Shown: piece after piece, positions 28,205-38,947 of the stretch | Layout: each line of letters starts with the position of its first letter | Numbering within the stretch: the first letter of the stretch is position 1 | NCBI GenBank assembly: GCA_038890875.1 | Contig: JAWAFA010000001.1 | Coordinates: forward strand, 170,996 to 234,995 | Source: Candidatus Pacearchaeota archaeon | GTDB taxonomy: Archaea; Nanobdellota; Nanobdellia; Pacearchaeales; JAPDKA01 | Reading direction: 5' to 3' | Length of the DNA: 64,000 nt | Notes under the pieces: model-generated | Told to the model about the DNA's origin: nothing | What the model saw: only the letters and a program-made list of their open reading frames with translations | Database searches by the model: none | Program-made: the position numbers and the translations under genes

Positions 28205-30835
28205 ATGGTAGGCATAAAACTTATTGAAAAACCAAATAGCAAAGAAGAGCTACTTAGCATACTTCATCCTCTCGTTAAGGAGTGGTTTTTTTCAACTTTT
28301 AAAGAGTTTAGTTTGCCTCAACTTTACGGAGTTTTACCAATATGGAACAGGCAAAACATACTTATAAGTGCTCCAACAGGAGGAACAAAAACATTAACAG
28401 CTTTCTTAGCAATAATAAATTATTTAATAACTCTCGCTGAAAAACAAAAACTGGAAGATAGGGTTTACTGCATTTATATTAGCCCTCTTAGAGCTCTAAA
28501 TAATGATATCTATATTAACCTTAAGATACCTCTTCACGAAATAAAGGAAATAGCTAAAAAGAAAGGGATAAAACTTAGTGAGATTAATGTTGGTTTAAGA
28601 ACAAGTGATACTAGTATTGATGAAAAGGCAAAACAGCTTAAAAGACCACCACACATACTTGTTACAACTCCTGAAAGTTTGGCGATAATCCTAACAAGTA
28701 AAAAATTTGTAAAACATCTAACTGCTGTTGAGTTTTGTATTATTGATGAGGTTCATGCTTTAGCAAACAACAAAAGAGGAGTTGATCTCAGTTTAAGTCT
28801 TGAAAGACTTTACCATATTTCAACAATTGAACCAGTTAGAATAGGTTTAAGTGCAACTATTGCCCCTCTTGAAGAAGTTGCTAAGTTTCTTGTTGGTTAT
28901 AAATATGAAGAAGGAAAATACGAGCTAAGAGATTGTCTCATAGCTGATGTAAGATTTGACAAAAAAATAAATATTGATGTTCTTGCTACAAGCTTTTTTG
29001 AAGATTATGAAAAGCAGAGCAAGGAACTTTATAGCTTAATAGATAATCTTATTCAATCTCATAAGAGTACATTAATTTTTACTAATACAAGGAGTGGAAC
29101 AGAACGAGTAATAAACCATTTAAAAGAGATGTTTAATAGTTATGAAAATAATATTGGGGCACACCACTCTAGTTTAAGCCGTGCACATAGATTCGCGATT
29201 GAGAACATGCTAAGAGAAGGTAAGCTAAAAGCTGTTGTCTCATCAACAAGCCTTGAACTTGGTATAGATATTGGCTATATTGACCTAGTTCTCTTGCTTG
29301 GAAGTCCAAAAAGTGTAGCTCGAGCTTTACAAAGGATTGGAAGGAGCGGGCATAAATTGCATGAAAAAGCTAAAGGTCGTTTTATCGTTCTTGATAGAGA
29401 TGATCTCGTCGAGTGTACTATTATGGCAAAATGCATTAAAGAAAAAAGTATTGACAATGTTGATATACCAAAAAACTGTTTGGATGTGTTATGCCAGCAT
29501 GTTTATGGTGAGGCTATCAATAAAGTATGGTATATTGATGATTTTTATAATCTTGTAAGACAGAGCTATTGCTATAATACTTTAAAAAAAGAAGATCTTT
29601 ACAATGTTATTGCATATTTAAGTGGGGAATATTTTGGCTTGGAAAAAAAAGGTATTTATGCAAAAATATGGTTTGATGAAAAAACACGTGAGTTTGGAAG
29701 ACGCTCAAAACTTGCGCGAATGATTTATATGACAAACATTGGCACAATTCCTGAAGAAAGTTATGTAGACGTAATTATCTCCTTACCAAACCAAAGAAAA
29801 GGAGAAAAAATAGGGGTTATTGATGAAGCTTTTCTAGAGAGATTGAAACAAGGTGATGTTTTTGTTTTAGGGGGGCAAAAATATATGTTCCTCTATTCAA
29901 GAGGAATGAAAGCTTATGTAAATGCATCAGTTCAAAGACCACCAACAATTCCAAGTTGGTTCTCTGAACAGCTTCCTCTAAGCTTTGATTTAGCCTTAGC
30001 AATACAGCGATTTAGAAAACTTGTGGAAGAAAAACTAAAAATGAGCAAGCAAGAATGTATAAAATTTATTCAGGATTATTGTTATTGTAGCGAGCAGATT
30101 GCTAAACTCATCTATGATTATTTTTATGAGCAATATTATTTTAGTGAAATACCTCATGAAAAAAAACTAGTTATCGAGCTTTACAAGGTTGCTGATGGTA
30201 AAAAATATTGGATATTTCATAGCCTTTATGGCAGACGTGTTAACGATGCTTTGAGCAGGGCTCTAGCTTTCCTTGTTGCTAAATTAGGTAAACGTGACGT
30301 AGAGATAGGAATAAATGATAATGGTTTTTATATTGCAAGCTATGATAAACTACAAGTTGAACAAGCTTTTAACGCCCTTATAAAAAATTGGGAAAAGCTC
30401 GAGCTAATTCTTGAAGAAGCTATTGAAAAAACAGAAACTTTCAAAAGAAAGTTTAGGCATAATGCTGTTAGAAGCTTTTTGATTTTGAAAAGTTATAAAG
30501 GAAAGAATAAATCAATAGGCAAGCAACAACTTCAATCTGAACTACTCTATAATACAATAAAAGCTATAAATCCAAATTTTCCTGCGATTTGCGAAACTCG
30601 AAGAGAAGTACTAAATGATTTTATGGATGTTAAAAATGCAAAGAAAATTCTTGCTTGGCTTGAAGAAGGAAAAATAAAAATAAAAAGAATTGAAACTGGC
30701 CTTCCAAGTCCATTCGCTCTTAATATTGTTGCTCTTGGCTATCTTGATTTGTTAAAAATAGAGGATAGAATAGAGTTTCTGCGAAGAATTCATGAAAAAA
30801 TTTTAGAAAAGATAGGCACAAAAGTACAAAGTTAA
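28205..30835 (+). CDS. lhr: Lhr-family SF2 helicase
   Basis: APTGGTKT, DEVH, GLSAT, HHSSL, SLELGIDIG, QRIGRSGH, GTIP; start likely MVGIK. Confidence 0.92.
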   Translation: MVGIKLIEKPNSKEELLSILHPLVKEWFFSTFKEFSLPQLYGVLPIWNRQNILISAPTGGTKTLTAFLAIINYLITLAEKQKLEDRVYCIYISPLRALNNDIYINLKIPLHEIKEIAKKKGIKLSEINVGLRTSDTSIDEKAKQLKRPPHILVTTPESLAIILTSKKFVKHLTAVEFCIIDEVHALANNKRGVDLSLSLERLYHISTIEPVRIGLSATIAPLEEVAKFLVGYKYEEGKYELRDCLIADVRFDKKINIDVLATSFFEDYEKQSKELYSLIDNLIQSHKSTLIFTNTRSGTERVINHLKEMFNSYENNIGAHHSSLSRAHRFAIENMLREGKLKAVVSSTSLELGIDIGYIDLVLLLGSPKSVARALQRIGRSGHKLHEKAKGRFIVLDRDDLVECTIMAKCIKEKSIDNVDIPKNCLDVLCQHVYGEAINKVWYIDDFYNLVRQSYCYNTLKKEDLYNVIAYLSGEYFGLEKKGIYAKIWFDEKTREFGRRSKLARMIYMTNIGTIPEESYVDVIISLPNQRKGEKIGVIDEAFLERLKQGDVFVLGGQKYMFLYSRGMKAYVNASVQRPPTIPSWFSEQLPLSFDLALAIQRFRKLVEEKLKMSKQECIKFIQDYCYCSEQIAKLIYDYFYEQYYFSEIPHEKKLVIELYKVADGKKYWIFHSLYGRRVNDALSRALAFLVAKLGKRDVEIGINDNGFYIASYDKLQVEQAFNALIKNWEKLELILEEAIEKTETFKRKFRHNAVRSFLILKSYKGKNKSIGKQQLQSELLYNTIKAINPNFPAICETRREVLNDFMDVKNAKKILAWLEEGKIKIKRIETGLPSPFALNIVALGYLDLLKIEDRIEFLRRIHEKILEKIGTKVQS

Positions 30836-31767
30836 AGTTTTTTCCAATCAAGCTTAGCTCCTTCACCTTTACTTAAATATTGATATGCTTGTAAGGCAGC
30901 AATTGCACCCTGGCCAGCAGAGATTACGGCTTGCTTAAATTCTGTATTGGTGCAATCACCAGCAGCAAAAACTCCTTCTCTTGATGTTTGACATAAGCTA
31001 TCGATAACAATTTGTCCCTTACTATCTAATTCAACGAAGCCTTTAAGCCAATCACTTGCCATAACAAAACCAAGTTCAAGAAAAACTCCATCAACATTAA
31101 GCTCTTGCTGTTTTTTACTCTGTGTATTTTCAATAACAATGCTTTCAACTTTTTCTTTTCCTTGAAATTTAATAATAATACTGTTTGTTAAAATAATAAC
31201 ATTTTTTTTCTCTTTTAATTTTTTCAGGCTTAGCTCATCTGCTCTAAAGCTCTCTCTTCTATGAATCAAATAAACTTTTTTTGCTATCTGTGAAAGCTCT
31301 AAAGCTGCATCAACCGCACTATTGCCTCCACCAACAACAGCCACAATCTTATTTTTATAAAGAGGAGCGTCACATGTTACACAAATACTAACTCCTCTTC
31401 CTAAAAACTTTTCTTCTCCTACCCCGAGCTTTGCCGGCGTTTTACCAAAGGCGAGAATAACTGCCTTTGCTTCTACTTTTTTTCCATTATTTAACTTTAA
31501 AATAAAAAATTGGTTTTTTCTTTCAATGTTAATAACTTCAGCAAAAAGAAATTCTGTACCAAGCTCTGCTACTTTATCTAAAATTTTTTTTATTAATTCA
31601 CTTCCTTTTATGGCTCCAAAACCAGGATAATTCTCAATACTTTCTGTTATGTTTGTCTGTCCACCTATTTCAGGGGTTATGATTATAACATCTAACTGTT
31701 TTCTTTTAGCAAAGATGGCTGCAGTTAAGCCTGCAATGCCTCCACCAACAATTGCTAGATCGTGCAT
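30832..31767 (-). CDS. trxB: Thioredoxin reductase
   Basis: GGGIAG, CVTCD, GGGNSA, GVFAAGD. Confidence 0.92.
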   Translation of the reverse strand: MHDLAIVGGGIAGLTAAIFAKRKQLDVIIITPEIGGQTNITESIENYPGFGAIKGSELIKKILDKVAELGTEFLFAEVINIERKNQFFILKLNNGKKVEAKAVILAFGKTPAKLGVGEEKFLGRGVSICVTCDAPLYKNKIVAVVGGGNSAVDAALELSQIAKKVYLIHRRESFRADELSLKKLKEKKNVIILTNSIIIKFQGKEKVESIVIENTQSKKQQELNVDGVFLELGFVMASDWLKGFVELDSKGQIVIDSLCQTSREGVFAAGDCTNTEFKQAVISAGQGAIAALQAYQYLSKGEGAKLDWKKL

Positions 31768-31905
31768 AAGATATTAGGTTGGACTATTTATAAATTTGAT
31801 TTCTTTTTTCTCCTCTTGTTTTTATCTTTTTTTTTTTATTTTGCTATTTCTACCACTTTAAAGTTGATAAAGAAAAAAATTTAAAAATTAAAAATATTAT
31901 ATTTT

Positions 31906-32331
31906 ATGGATTGGCTAAGCTTAGGTCTACTTGGAATTTTTATAGCAGTTTTTCTTTCTTATTCATTTCTTCCTATATCAAGTGAGCTAAGTATAATTCC
32001 TGCTGTTAAAATGGTTAATCCTTGGCTTCTCTTTCTTATAGCAATTATTGCTGCAACTCTTGGAAGTCTACTTAATTATTATATTGGTTATAAAGGAATA
32101 AGAAAGCTTATGCCTAAAAAACATAAATTAAAAAAAGCTGAAAAGTTTTTTTCAAAATATGGCCTTTTTGCTGTAATCTTGCTTTCTTGGTTGCCATATA
32201 TTGGTGATCCACTCATTATAGTTGCTGGAACTTTTCGTATGCCCTTGCTCAGATTTTTATTCGCTTCAACAATAGCTAAAGGTTGGTATCTTACTTTGCT
32301 TATTTTTTTTGGTTTAATGCTTTTTGCCTAA
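31906..32331 (+). CDS. YqaA/DedA (VTT) membrane protein
   Basis: LPISSE, LGSLLNYYIG, SWLPYIGDP. Confidence 0.85.
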   Translation: MDWLSLGLLGIFIAVFLSYSFLPISSELSIIPAVKMVNPWLLFLIAIIAATLGSLLNYYIGYKGIRKLMPKKHKLKKAEKFFSKYGLFAVILLSWLPYIGDPLIIVAGTFRMPLLRFLFASTIAKGWYLTLLIFFGLMLFA

Positions 32332-32345
32332 TAAAAAAGAAAAAA

Positions 32346-33068
32346 ATGAATGAAAAAAGAAAATTTAAATTAGAAGAAGATATCTATTTAATAGATAAGG
32401 CTCTGTGGTTAGAAAAACAGAGGCTCCTCTGTATTGCTGATTTGCATATTGGCTATGAAGAATACCTCAATGAGCAAGGAATAGCTTTCCCAAGGCAACA
32501 GTTTAAAATTATAAAAGAAGAGGTTTCATCTCTTTTGAATTTAAAACCAAAGACTGTTTTAATTAATGGTGATTTAAAACATGAATTTGGCAGGATAAGC
32601 AAACAAGAATGGAGAGAAACAAATGAAATTCTTGATTTAATTCTTTCAAAAGCAAAACTTGTGCTAGTAAAAGGTAATCATGATACAATTATAGAACCGA
32701 TAGCAAGAAAAAAAGATATTAAAATTGTAGAGCACTATTTTACTAATAAATTTTGTTTTATGCATGGCCATCAATTTGAATTAAAACTTTCTATTTTAGA
32801 CGAAAATATTAAATGGCTTATTCTCGCTCACCTTCACCCAATTATAAATTTGAGAGAAGGAATAAAAAATGAAAAATATAAATGTTGGCTTGTTGGAAAA
32901 TGGAAAGGCAAAAAGATAATTATAATGCCTAGCTTCTTGCCATATGTTAGTGGCGCGCATGCAGATGAATATTCTCTTAATATAAATTTCAATAATTTTG
33001 ATGTTTTCGCTATTGGTGATAAAATTTATCCTTTAGGTAAATTTAAACAGTTAATAAAAAATTTTTAA
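32346..33068 (+). CDS. Metallophosphoesterase (Lhr-associated MPE/PdeM-like)
   Basis: ADLHIG, NGDLKH, GNHD, HGH, HLHP, MPSF. Confidence 0.85.
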   Translation: MNEKRKFKLEEDIYLIDKALWLEKQRLLCIADLHIGYEEYLNEQGIAFPRQQFKIIKEEVSSLLNLKPKTVLINGDLKHEFGRISKQEWRETNEILDLILSKAKLVLVKGNHDTIIEPIARKKDIKIVEHYFTNKFCFMHGHQFELKLSILDENIKWLILAHLHPIINLREGIKNEKYKCWLVGKWKGKKIIIMPSFLPYVSGAHADEYSLNINFNNFDVFAIGDKIYPLGKFKQLIKNF

Positions 33069-33090
33069 AGTTATGCTCAATTAATAAAGT

Positions 33091-33390
33091 ATGAAAAAAA
33101 CAGAAGAAAGAAGGGAAGCTGTAAAAAGAATAGAAGAATCAAAAAAACTTTTAGATGAAATAAGAAAACTGATGGGTAAATTCGACTGGACGGTTAACAA
33201 AAAAACACTTAAAAAAGTTAAGGAAAGCTACTCTCTGAAAAGTTGGGAAAATATAAAAGAAAAAGCAGAAAAGTACTTTCATGAAATAGATCAGTACCTA
33301 ACTCCCGAAATATCAAAAATAGATCCTGGTTATTACAAATTACTAGCAAAAACTAAGGAGAGCTTATATAAAATAATAGTATATGAATAA
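33091..33390 (+). CDS. Hypothetical protein
   Basis: 99-aa ORF with TTTAAA 27 nt upstream. Confidence 0.55.
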   Translation: MKKTEERREAVKRIEESKKLLDEIRKLMGKFDWTVNKKTLKKVKESYSLKSWENIKEKAEKYFHEIDQYLTPEISKIDPGYYKLLAKTKESLYKIIVYE

Positions 33391-33404
33391 TTTATATTAA
33401 TAAA

Positions 33405-33902
33405 TTATAAGAGAGAAATAGAGACGCCTAACAGATCTTTTTCGAAAACATAGCAACAATAATCTATAATTTTATTTTTATTGAATTCGTTAATAAAATA
33501 ATCTCTATGGGCATCACCAATATGGATTATGCTCACAGGATTAGGGCATAGCTTTGTATACTTCTTGAATGCTTTTTCGAAGTTATCATAAAATGGTTTA
33601 TGATAGCCTAATAAAAAATAATCAAGTTGAGGCAATATCCCAAAAATTTTAATTTTTTCATTATTACAATCATATTTTTTTTTCTTTAACACATTAAGAA
33701 TTTCAAAGTATTCTTTGCCTTCTGCAGACTCTCTAAATTTATTTAAAAAAATATCATCAATATCTTCATTCGGTCTAAATAATTCAGTAAAAAACACTAT
33801 ATGTTTGTTTTGATTAGAATTTATTATTTCTTCAATTTTAATTGAAATTTCTTTTTGTATCTCTTTACAAGAATGGTTTGTATCACATAATAAGTATATC
33901 AT
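33405..33902 (-). CDS. Hypothetical protein
   Basis: 165-aa ORF; DTNH...TE...HIGDAH hints at a metal site. Confidence 0.55.
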   Translation of the reverse strand: MIYLLCDTNHSCKEIQKEISIKIEEIINSNQNKHIVFFTELFRPNEDIDDIFLNKFRESAEGKEYFEILNVLKKKKYDCNNEKIKIFGILPQLDYFLLGYHKPFYDNFEKAFKKYTKLCPNPVSIIHIGDAHRDYFINEFNKNKIIDYCCYVFEKDLLGVSISLL

Positions 33903-34000
33903 AATTAAATATGTTAGAGTTATTTAAAAATTTTACTTTTTACTATTTTAAAATAAAGACAGTAACAAAAAATTTATAAATTTCTAAAAAAAATTACTCT

Positions 34001-34699
34001 ATGATAAGTAGAAGAAACTTAATAAAAGATTTAGGGTTGATAACATTGACGTTTTTATTGCCAACCATCTCTTATGCGCAAACACAGACAACAAAAGCTA
34101 AAGCAGAGAATTTAATTAAAAGCTTCAACAAATTACTAGATAATGATTTTTCTATGAACTTAAAGAGACTACTAGCTGAAAATTGCTTTCCATCGGTTAA
34201 CTGTATAAAATGTGAGGTGGAATATGAAAATAATAAAAAAGAACAGGGAATTATTAATAAGTTATTTCCTGAATTGAAAGAACTTTTAAAAACAGATGAC
34301 AACTATTCAGTAAACTATTTCAAATCGATAGAGATAGGAATAAACATCAAAAACAAAAAAGTTACATTTATATTGCCAAAAGAAGCTGCACCTATAAACA
34401 AAAAAGAAATTTTTACTCTTGAAAACATTATAAAAAATCTTTTTTATTATGATTCAGAAAAAATATTTAACGATGGAAAAGATGCTGATGTTAATTGTGT
34501 AAAAGGCTTAGAATCTGTAAAATGTTATTTTACTTATGAAGTCTTAGGAAAAAAGGGGCAGTTTATTAGTAGCTATACTCCAAAAATAAATGAAATAGAG
34601 GAGTATTATCCAATGATTTTATTTGAGATTAAAATAAATAAAAAACATAGAAAAATCGAAAAAAGGGGAGAACAAGTAATTTTAACAGGGGCTGATTAA
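34001..34699 (+). CDS. Secreted protein with twin-arginine-like signal
   Basis: MISRRNLIK, hydrophobic h-region, SYA cleavage site. Confidence 0.6.
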   Translation: MISRRNLIKDLGLITLTFLLPTISYAQTQTTKAKAENLIKSFNKLLDNDFSMNLKRLLAENCFPSVNCIKCEVEYENNKKEQGIINKLFPELKELLKTDDNYSVNYFKSIEIGINIKNKKVTFILPKEAAPINKKEIFTLENIIKNLFYYDSEKIFNDGKDADVNCVKGLESVKCYFTYEVLGKKGQFISSYTPKINEIEEYYPMILFEIKINKKHRKIEKRGEQVILTGAD

Positions 34700-34746
34700 T
34701 TTTCTATTTAGATTAAAAATTTAAAGATAAAAACCTTTATAAAAGA

Positions 34747-34828
34747 GCCGGCGTGGCGGAATGGTAACGCGCTCGCCTCGAAAGCGAGTGCCCGAAAGGG
34801 CTTCTAGGTTCGAATCCTAGCGCCGGCG
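34747..34828 (+). tRNA. tRNA-Ser(CGA)
   Basis: GCCGGCG...CGCCGGC-G, anticodon arm CTCGC-CTCGAAA-GCGAG, long variable arm. Confidence 0.95.
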
Positions 34829-34839
34829 TTTTTTTGTTT

Positions 34840-35259
34840 TTATTTAATCTTTTCAAGAGTTATTGCTGGGCAAACTTTTGTCACCCCCTTTATTTTTTTA
34901 AGGCTTTTTATAAAGTTTAAAAGCTCAGTTGATTTTTCAAACCAGCATTCTGCAAGTAACATATGATCCCCACTTGAAGCATAAAGGCTAGTAATTTCTT
35001 TTAAGCGTGAAAGTTTTTCTGTTACTGCTAAATAATATTCTGGCCTTGTATCTAACCCTATAAGTGCGTGAACTAATCCGGCCTTCTTTATATCAAGTTC
35101 AACAGTATATTTTTTTATAATACCTTTAGCTTCTAAAGATCTTATTCTTTTTCTAATAGCTGTCTCACTAACATCAAAGAGCTTAGCTAGTTTAGTGTAA
35201 GAAATTCTAGCATTTTCTTTTAACAACTGCAAAATTTTTAAGTTTGAAATTCGAACCAT
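34840..35259 (-). CDS. Lrp/AsnC transcriptional regulator
   Basis: ILQLLKENARISYTKLA...SETAIRKRIRSLE...GII; SGDHML. Confidence 0.92.
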   Translation of the reverse strand: MVRISNLKILQLLKENARISYTKLAKLFDVSETAIRKRIRSLEAKGIIKKYTVELDIKKAGLVHALIGLDTRPEYYLAVTEKLSRLKEITSLYASSGDHMLLAECWFEKSTELLNFIKSLKKIKGVTKVCPAITLEKIK

Positions 35260-35339
35260 AAAGTTTAAATACTGAACACTTTATAAATTTTATTATAAAG
35301 GATTATAAAGCCTAAATAAAACAAAAAGCAAGCTTTGAA

Positions 35340-35903
35340 ATGATAAAGATAAATGAACAGATTCCAGATTTTGAACTCGAAGCTTTCCAAAATAATGAAG
35401 TAAAAAAAATAAAGCTTTCAGATTATAGAGGAAAGTGGCTTATCTTAATATTCTATCCAGCTGACTTTACATTTATCTGTCCAACAGAACTGGAAGAAGC
35501 TGCTAATTATTATGATGAGTTTAAAAAAGCTGGAGCAGAGATTATTAGTGTTAGTACTGATACGGTTTTTGTACATAAAGCTTGGCATGATAACTCGCCA
35601 TCAATTAAAAAAATAAAATTCCCGATGGTTGCAGATCCTACAGGTAAACTTTGTAGGGCTTTTGGTACTTATATAGAAGATCAAGGCTTGTCTTTACGAG
35701 GTAGTTTTATTATAGACCCTGACGGTATTTTAAAAGCTTTTGAAATGCATGATAATAGCATAGGCAGGAGTGCTGAAGAATTGTTAAGAAAACTAAAAGC
35801 TGCTCAATATGTAAGAGAACATAAGGGAGAGGTTTGTCCTGCTAGCTGGAAGCCTGGTAAAAAAACTTTAAAACCAAGCTTAGAGCTTGTTGGCAAGATA
35901 TAG
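35340..35903 (+). CDS. ahpC: 2-Cys peroxiredoxin AhpC
   Basis: FYPADFTFICPTE, GEVCPASW. Confidence 0.95.
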   Translation: MIKINEQIPDFELEAFQNNEVKKIKLSDYRGKWLILIFYPADFTFICPTELEEAANYYDEFKKAGAEIISVSTDTVFVHKAWHDNSPSIKKIKFPMVADPTGKLCRAFGTYIEDQGLSLRGSFIIDPDGILKAFEMHDNSIGRSAEELLRKLKAAQYVREHKGEVCPASWKPGKKTLKPSLELVGKI

Positions 35904-35928
35904 ATAAATAGTATGCATAAAAATTAAA

Positions 35929-36549
35929 ATGGTATATGAAGCTAAAAAATATGAAGCTAAAAATTTTGAAAATTTGATTGGACTTGCTGGTTTTAGTGAG
36001 CAACTTTTAAAAAATCATTTTGCATTATATCAAGGTTACGTAAATAATATTAATAAATTATTAGATATACTTTCTACAATGATCAAAGAAGGAAAAACAA
36101 ATACTCCTGAATACGCTGAACTTAAAAGAAGATTAGGATGGGAATGGAATGGTATGAGGCTACATGAGCTTTATTTTGAAAACATGGATAAAACTCAAAA
36201 AAAATTAAACCAAACTAGTAAATTATATAAGGCAATCTCTTTGAGCTTTGGATCTTATGAAAATTGGGAAAATGATTTCAAAGCTTTGGGTGCAATTCGA
36301 GGAATAGGCTGGGTTGTCTTGTATTATGATCCTGTTGAAGATAGGCTTATAAATGCATGGATAAATGAACATGACGTTGGGCATTTATCAGGAGCTATTC
36401 CTTTATTAGTGATGGATGTTTTTGAACATGCTTATATGCTTGATTACCAATTAAAAAGAGTTGATTACATCGAAGCATTTTTTAAAGCAATTAATTGGCC
36501 TATTGTTGAAAAGAGATTTGACAAAGCAAAAAAGATGTTTATAAGTTAA
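35929..36549 (+). CDS. sod: Fe/Mn superoxide dismutase family protein
   Basis: H..LYQGYV, NG..LHELYF, DVFEHAY. Confidence 0.9.
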   Translation: MVYEAKKYEAKNFENLIGLAGFSEQLLKNHFALYQGYVNNINKLLDILSTMIKEGKTNTPEYAELKRRLGWEWNGMRLHELYFENMDKTQKKLNQTSKLYKAISLSFGSYENWENDFKALGAIRGIGWVVLYYDPVEDRLINAWINEHDVGHLSGAIPLLVMDVFEHAYMLDYQLKRVDYIEAFFKAINWPIVEKRFDKAKKMFIS

Positions 36550-36575
36550 GAAATGCTAAGCAAGTTATTTTAATA

Positions 36576-36953
36576 TTATTTTATTCTTGGCATCGGGATA
36601 TGTAAAGGTAAATTGAGCTGATCTTCAATAAGAAGTGCTTTAAGATTGCTTTTTGTTAACACAAAGTTATAGATAATTTTTGCAAGTTCTTTTTCTTTTT
36701 TCCAATTTTTTAAAATTTCGTTTGCACGTTCTTTCTCTTCTAAATAAGTTAGATAGCCAGAGATTGATATTTTTGCTTCTTTTTCATAGTTGACTTCAAA
36801 ATCAAATGGAAAAATCAATATTTTTTTGTCTTCTAACTTTGTATCTGATTCTTCAGGGTCTTTCAAAGTTAGAGTTACAGAAACTTTTTTAGTTTTGATT
36901 ACTTTTTCCCTATTTGCACTAATTTTATTAAAATAGATATTCAAAATTGGCAT
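36576..36953 (-). CDS. Conserved archaeal hypothetical protein
   Basis: 125-aa ORF ending in LNLPLHIPMPRIK. Confidence 0.6.
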   Translation of the reverse strand: MPILNIYFNKISANREKVIKTKKVSVTLTLKDPEESDTKLEDKKILIFPFDFEVNYEKEAKISISGYLTYLEEKERANEILKNWKKEKELAKIIYNFVLTKSNLKALLIEDQLNLPLHIPMPRIK

Positions 36954-37040
36954 TCTTATTTAGATTAGCGTGGTTTTTAAATTTGTCGCATGTATTAAAT
37001 AATGTACTAAATATTAAGTCCTAAATACTAAGTTTTAATG

Positions 37041-37298
37041 TTATAACAAATCTTCTTCATTAACAACAACAAAATCACTTATAGCCATTACAGAGCTCCA
37101 AGAAATAAGAAGTTCTTTGTTTTTAGTCTGTTCAAGATTTAAAGTTAGAGCATAAGATGTTGGAGATGCCAAGACTATTTGAATAATCTCACCTGTTCTT
37201 GTCTCAAAAATTAAATCTTTAATTGTTCCAAGTTTCTTACCTTCTTTTGTAACAACAAGTTTGTTCAAAATTTCTTCAGGTTTTACCTTCCCAACCAT
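37041..37298 (-). CDS. PRC-barrel domain protein (CdpB-like)
   Basis: ILNKLVVTKEGKKLGTIKDLIFETRTGEI...ISWSSVMAISDFVVV. Confidence 0.85.
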   Translation of the reverse strand: MVGKVKPEEILNKLVVTKEGKKLGTIKDLIFETRTGEIIQIVLASPTSYALTLNLEQTKNKELLISWSSVMAISDFVVVNEEDLL

Positions 37299-37423
37299 GA
37301 AATTTTTATTTAAGTTTTATTTATAAAGTTTTCTATGTTTTAATTTAGATTATTTTTTTATTTATTTTTTTATTTTAATTTAATTTTTTTTGATTTAATT
37401 TTATTTTATCACTTAACCATCTT

Positions 37424-37580
37424 ACCCCTTTATTTCAAGTAGAAAGTTTTATAAATAAAAAATTTAACCTGTGGTTTTTCAAAAAATAATTTAAAAGTTT
37501 AATTATACTATTATATATATTTTTTATAACATATTAACGAAAATAAATAATAAAAAACTATCTACTTGAAATCTAAGGGT
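37424..37580. other. Replication origin oriC: inverted ORBs flanking an AT-rich DUE
   Basis: ORB (minus) TTTCTACTTGAAATAAAGGGGT 37424-37445; ORB (plus) TATCTACTTGAAATCTAAGGGT 37559-37580; directly upstream of cdc6. Confidence 0.85.
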
Positions 37581-37728
37581 TTTTCTTATTTCTTTTGGAA
37601 AGAAATACTTCTTCGTATATAATAAAAATAACGACAATAACTAACAATAACCTCCATAAGAAATAGACCTCTCTAACTGTTATATTTAATTTCAACAAAA
37701 TTTAAAAATAAAAGAAAGATTTTTTTTG

Positions 37729-38922
37729 ATGGCATTAAACATAGATAAAATTTTTGATAATGTTATAAGAAAAAGCATTTTTAAAAACAAAGCAGTTTTG
37801 CAATCAGACCACACTCCAGAAATAATTCCTCATCGTGAAAATCAAATAAAACAAGTAGCAAAGATTCTTTCTTGTTCTTTACGACTAGAAAAGCCAAGCA
37901 ATCTTTTTATTTACGGTAAAACTGGGACTGGGAAAACACTTGTTGTAAGGTATGTTATTAATGAAATGTTGAAAAAAACACAAGAACTTAATATTCCTGT
38001 AAAATTAGTTTATACTAACTGTAAATTAAAAAAAATTTCAGATACTGAATACAGAATCCTCGCAGAAATTATTAATTTATTAGGTGGTAAAGTGCCAGCT
38101 ACAGGCCTTCCTACAGATACTATCTATAGAAAATTTGTCGAATTAACAGACGAAAAGCAACAGCTTGTCATAATTGTTCTTGATGAAATTGATGAAGCTG
38201 TAAAAAAAATTGGTGATGCTTTCTTATATAATCTTACTAGATTAAATTCTGAACTAGTAAACTCTCAAATAAGCCTTGTTGGAATAAGTAATGATTTAAC
38301 ATTTATTGACTCACTTGATCCACGAGTTAAATCAAGTTTAAGCGAAGAAGAACTTGTTTTTCCTCCTTATAACGCCTTGCAACTTCAAGATATATTGAAA
38401 GAAAGAGCAAAAAACTCATTTAAAAAGAATGTTGTAAGTCAAGGAGTAATCGAAAAAATTGCAGCTATTGCTGCTAAAGAGCATGGTGATGCAAGACGAG
38501 CTATTGATCTTTTGCGAATAGCTGGTGAACTTGCAGAAAGAGAAGGTAAAGAAAAATTAACTTTAGAATTTGTTAATAAAGCAATTGAAAAAATGGAAAA
38601 AGATAAAATTATTGATCTTGTTGAAACACAGCCAAAACATCACCAACTTATCTTGCTTTCAATAATTGAGTTTAGTGAAAAAACAAAAGAGAAATTTTAT
38701 ACCGGGGATATTTACAATAAGTATGTTGAATTGGCAAGAGAACTTAAACTTGAACCATTAACACAGAGAAGAGTAAGTGATATTGTTGCTGAGCTTGACA
38801 TGCTTGGTCTTATTAATGCCCAAGTAATAAGTAAAGGGAGGTATGGGCGAACAAGAGAAATAAGGATGAATTTACCACAATCATTAATTTCTAAAATTAA
38901 AACAATAATCAACCAAAGCTAA
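37729..38922 (+). CDS. cdc6: Orc1/Cdc6 replication initiator
   Basis: GKTGTGKT, VLDEID, FPPYNALQL, GDARRAIDLL, C-terminal WH GRYGRT. Confidence 0.96.
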   Translation: MALNIDKIFDNVIRKSIFKNKAVLQSDHTPEIIPHRENQIKQVAKILSCSLRLEKPSNLFIYGKTGTGKTLVVRYVINEMLKKTQELNIPVKLVYTNCKLKKISDTEYRILAEIINLLGGKVPATGLPTDTIYRKFVELTDEKQQLVIIVLDEIDEAVKKIGDAFLYNLTRLNSELVNSQISLVGISNDLTFIDSLDPRVKSSLSEEELVFPPYNALQLQDILKERAKNSFKKNVVSQGVIEKIAAIAAKEHGDARRAIDLLRIAGELAEREGKEKLTLEFVNKAIEKMEKDKIIDLVETQPKHHQLILLSIIEFSEKTKEKFYTGDIYNKYVELARELKLEPLTQRRVSDIVAELDMLGLINAQVISKGRYGRTREIRMNLPQSLISKIKTIINQS

Positions 38923-38947
38923 AAATAAGCTAAAAAATTAAAATAAG

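Noticed and set aside
28111-28260. Overlapping N-terminal extensions of the NUDIX and Lhr ORFs
   Set aside because: Longest-ORF artefact; downstream ATGs (28110 and 28205) remove the overlap
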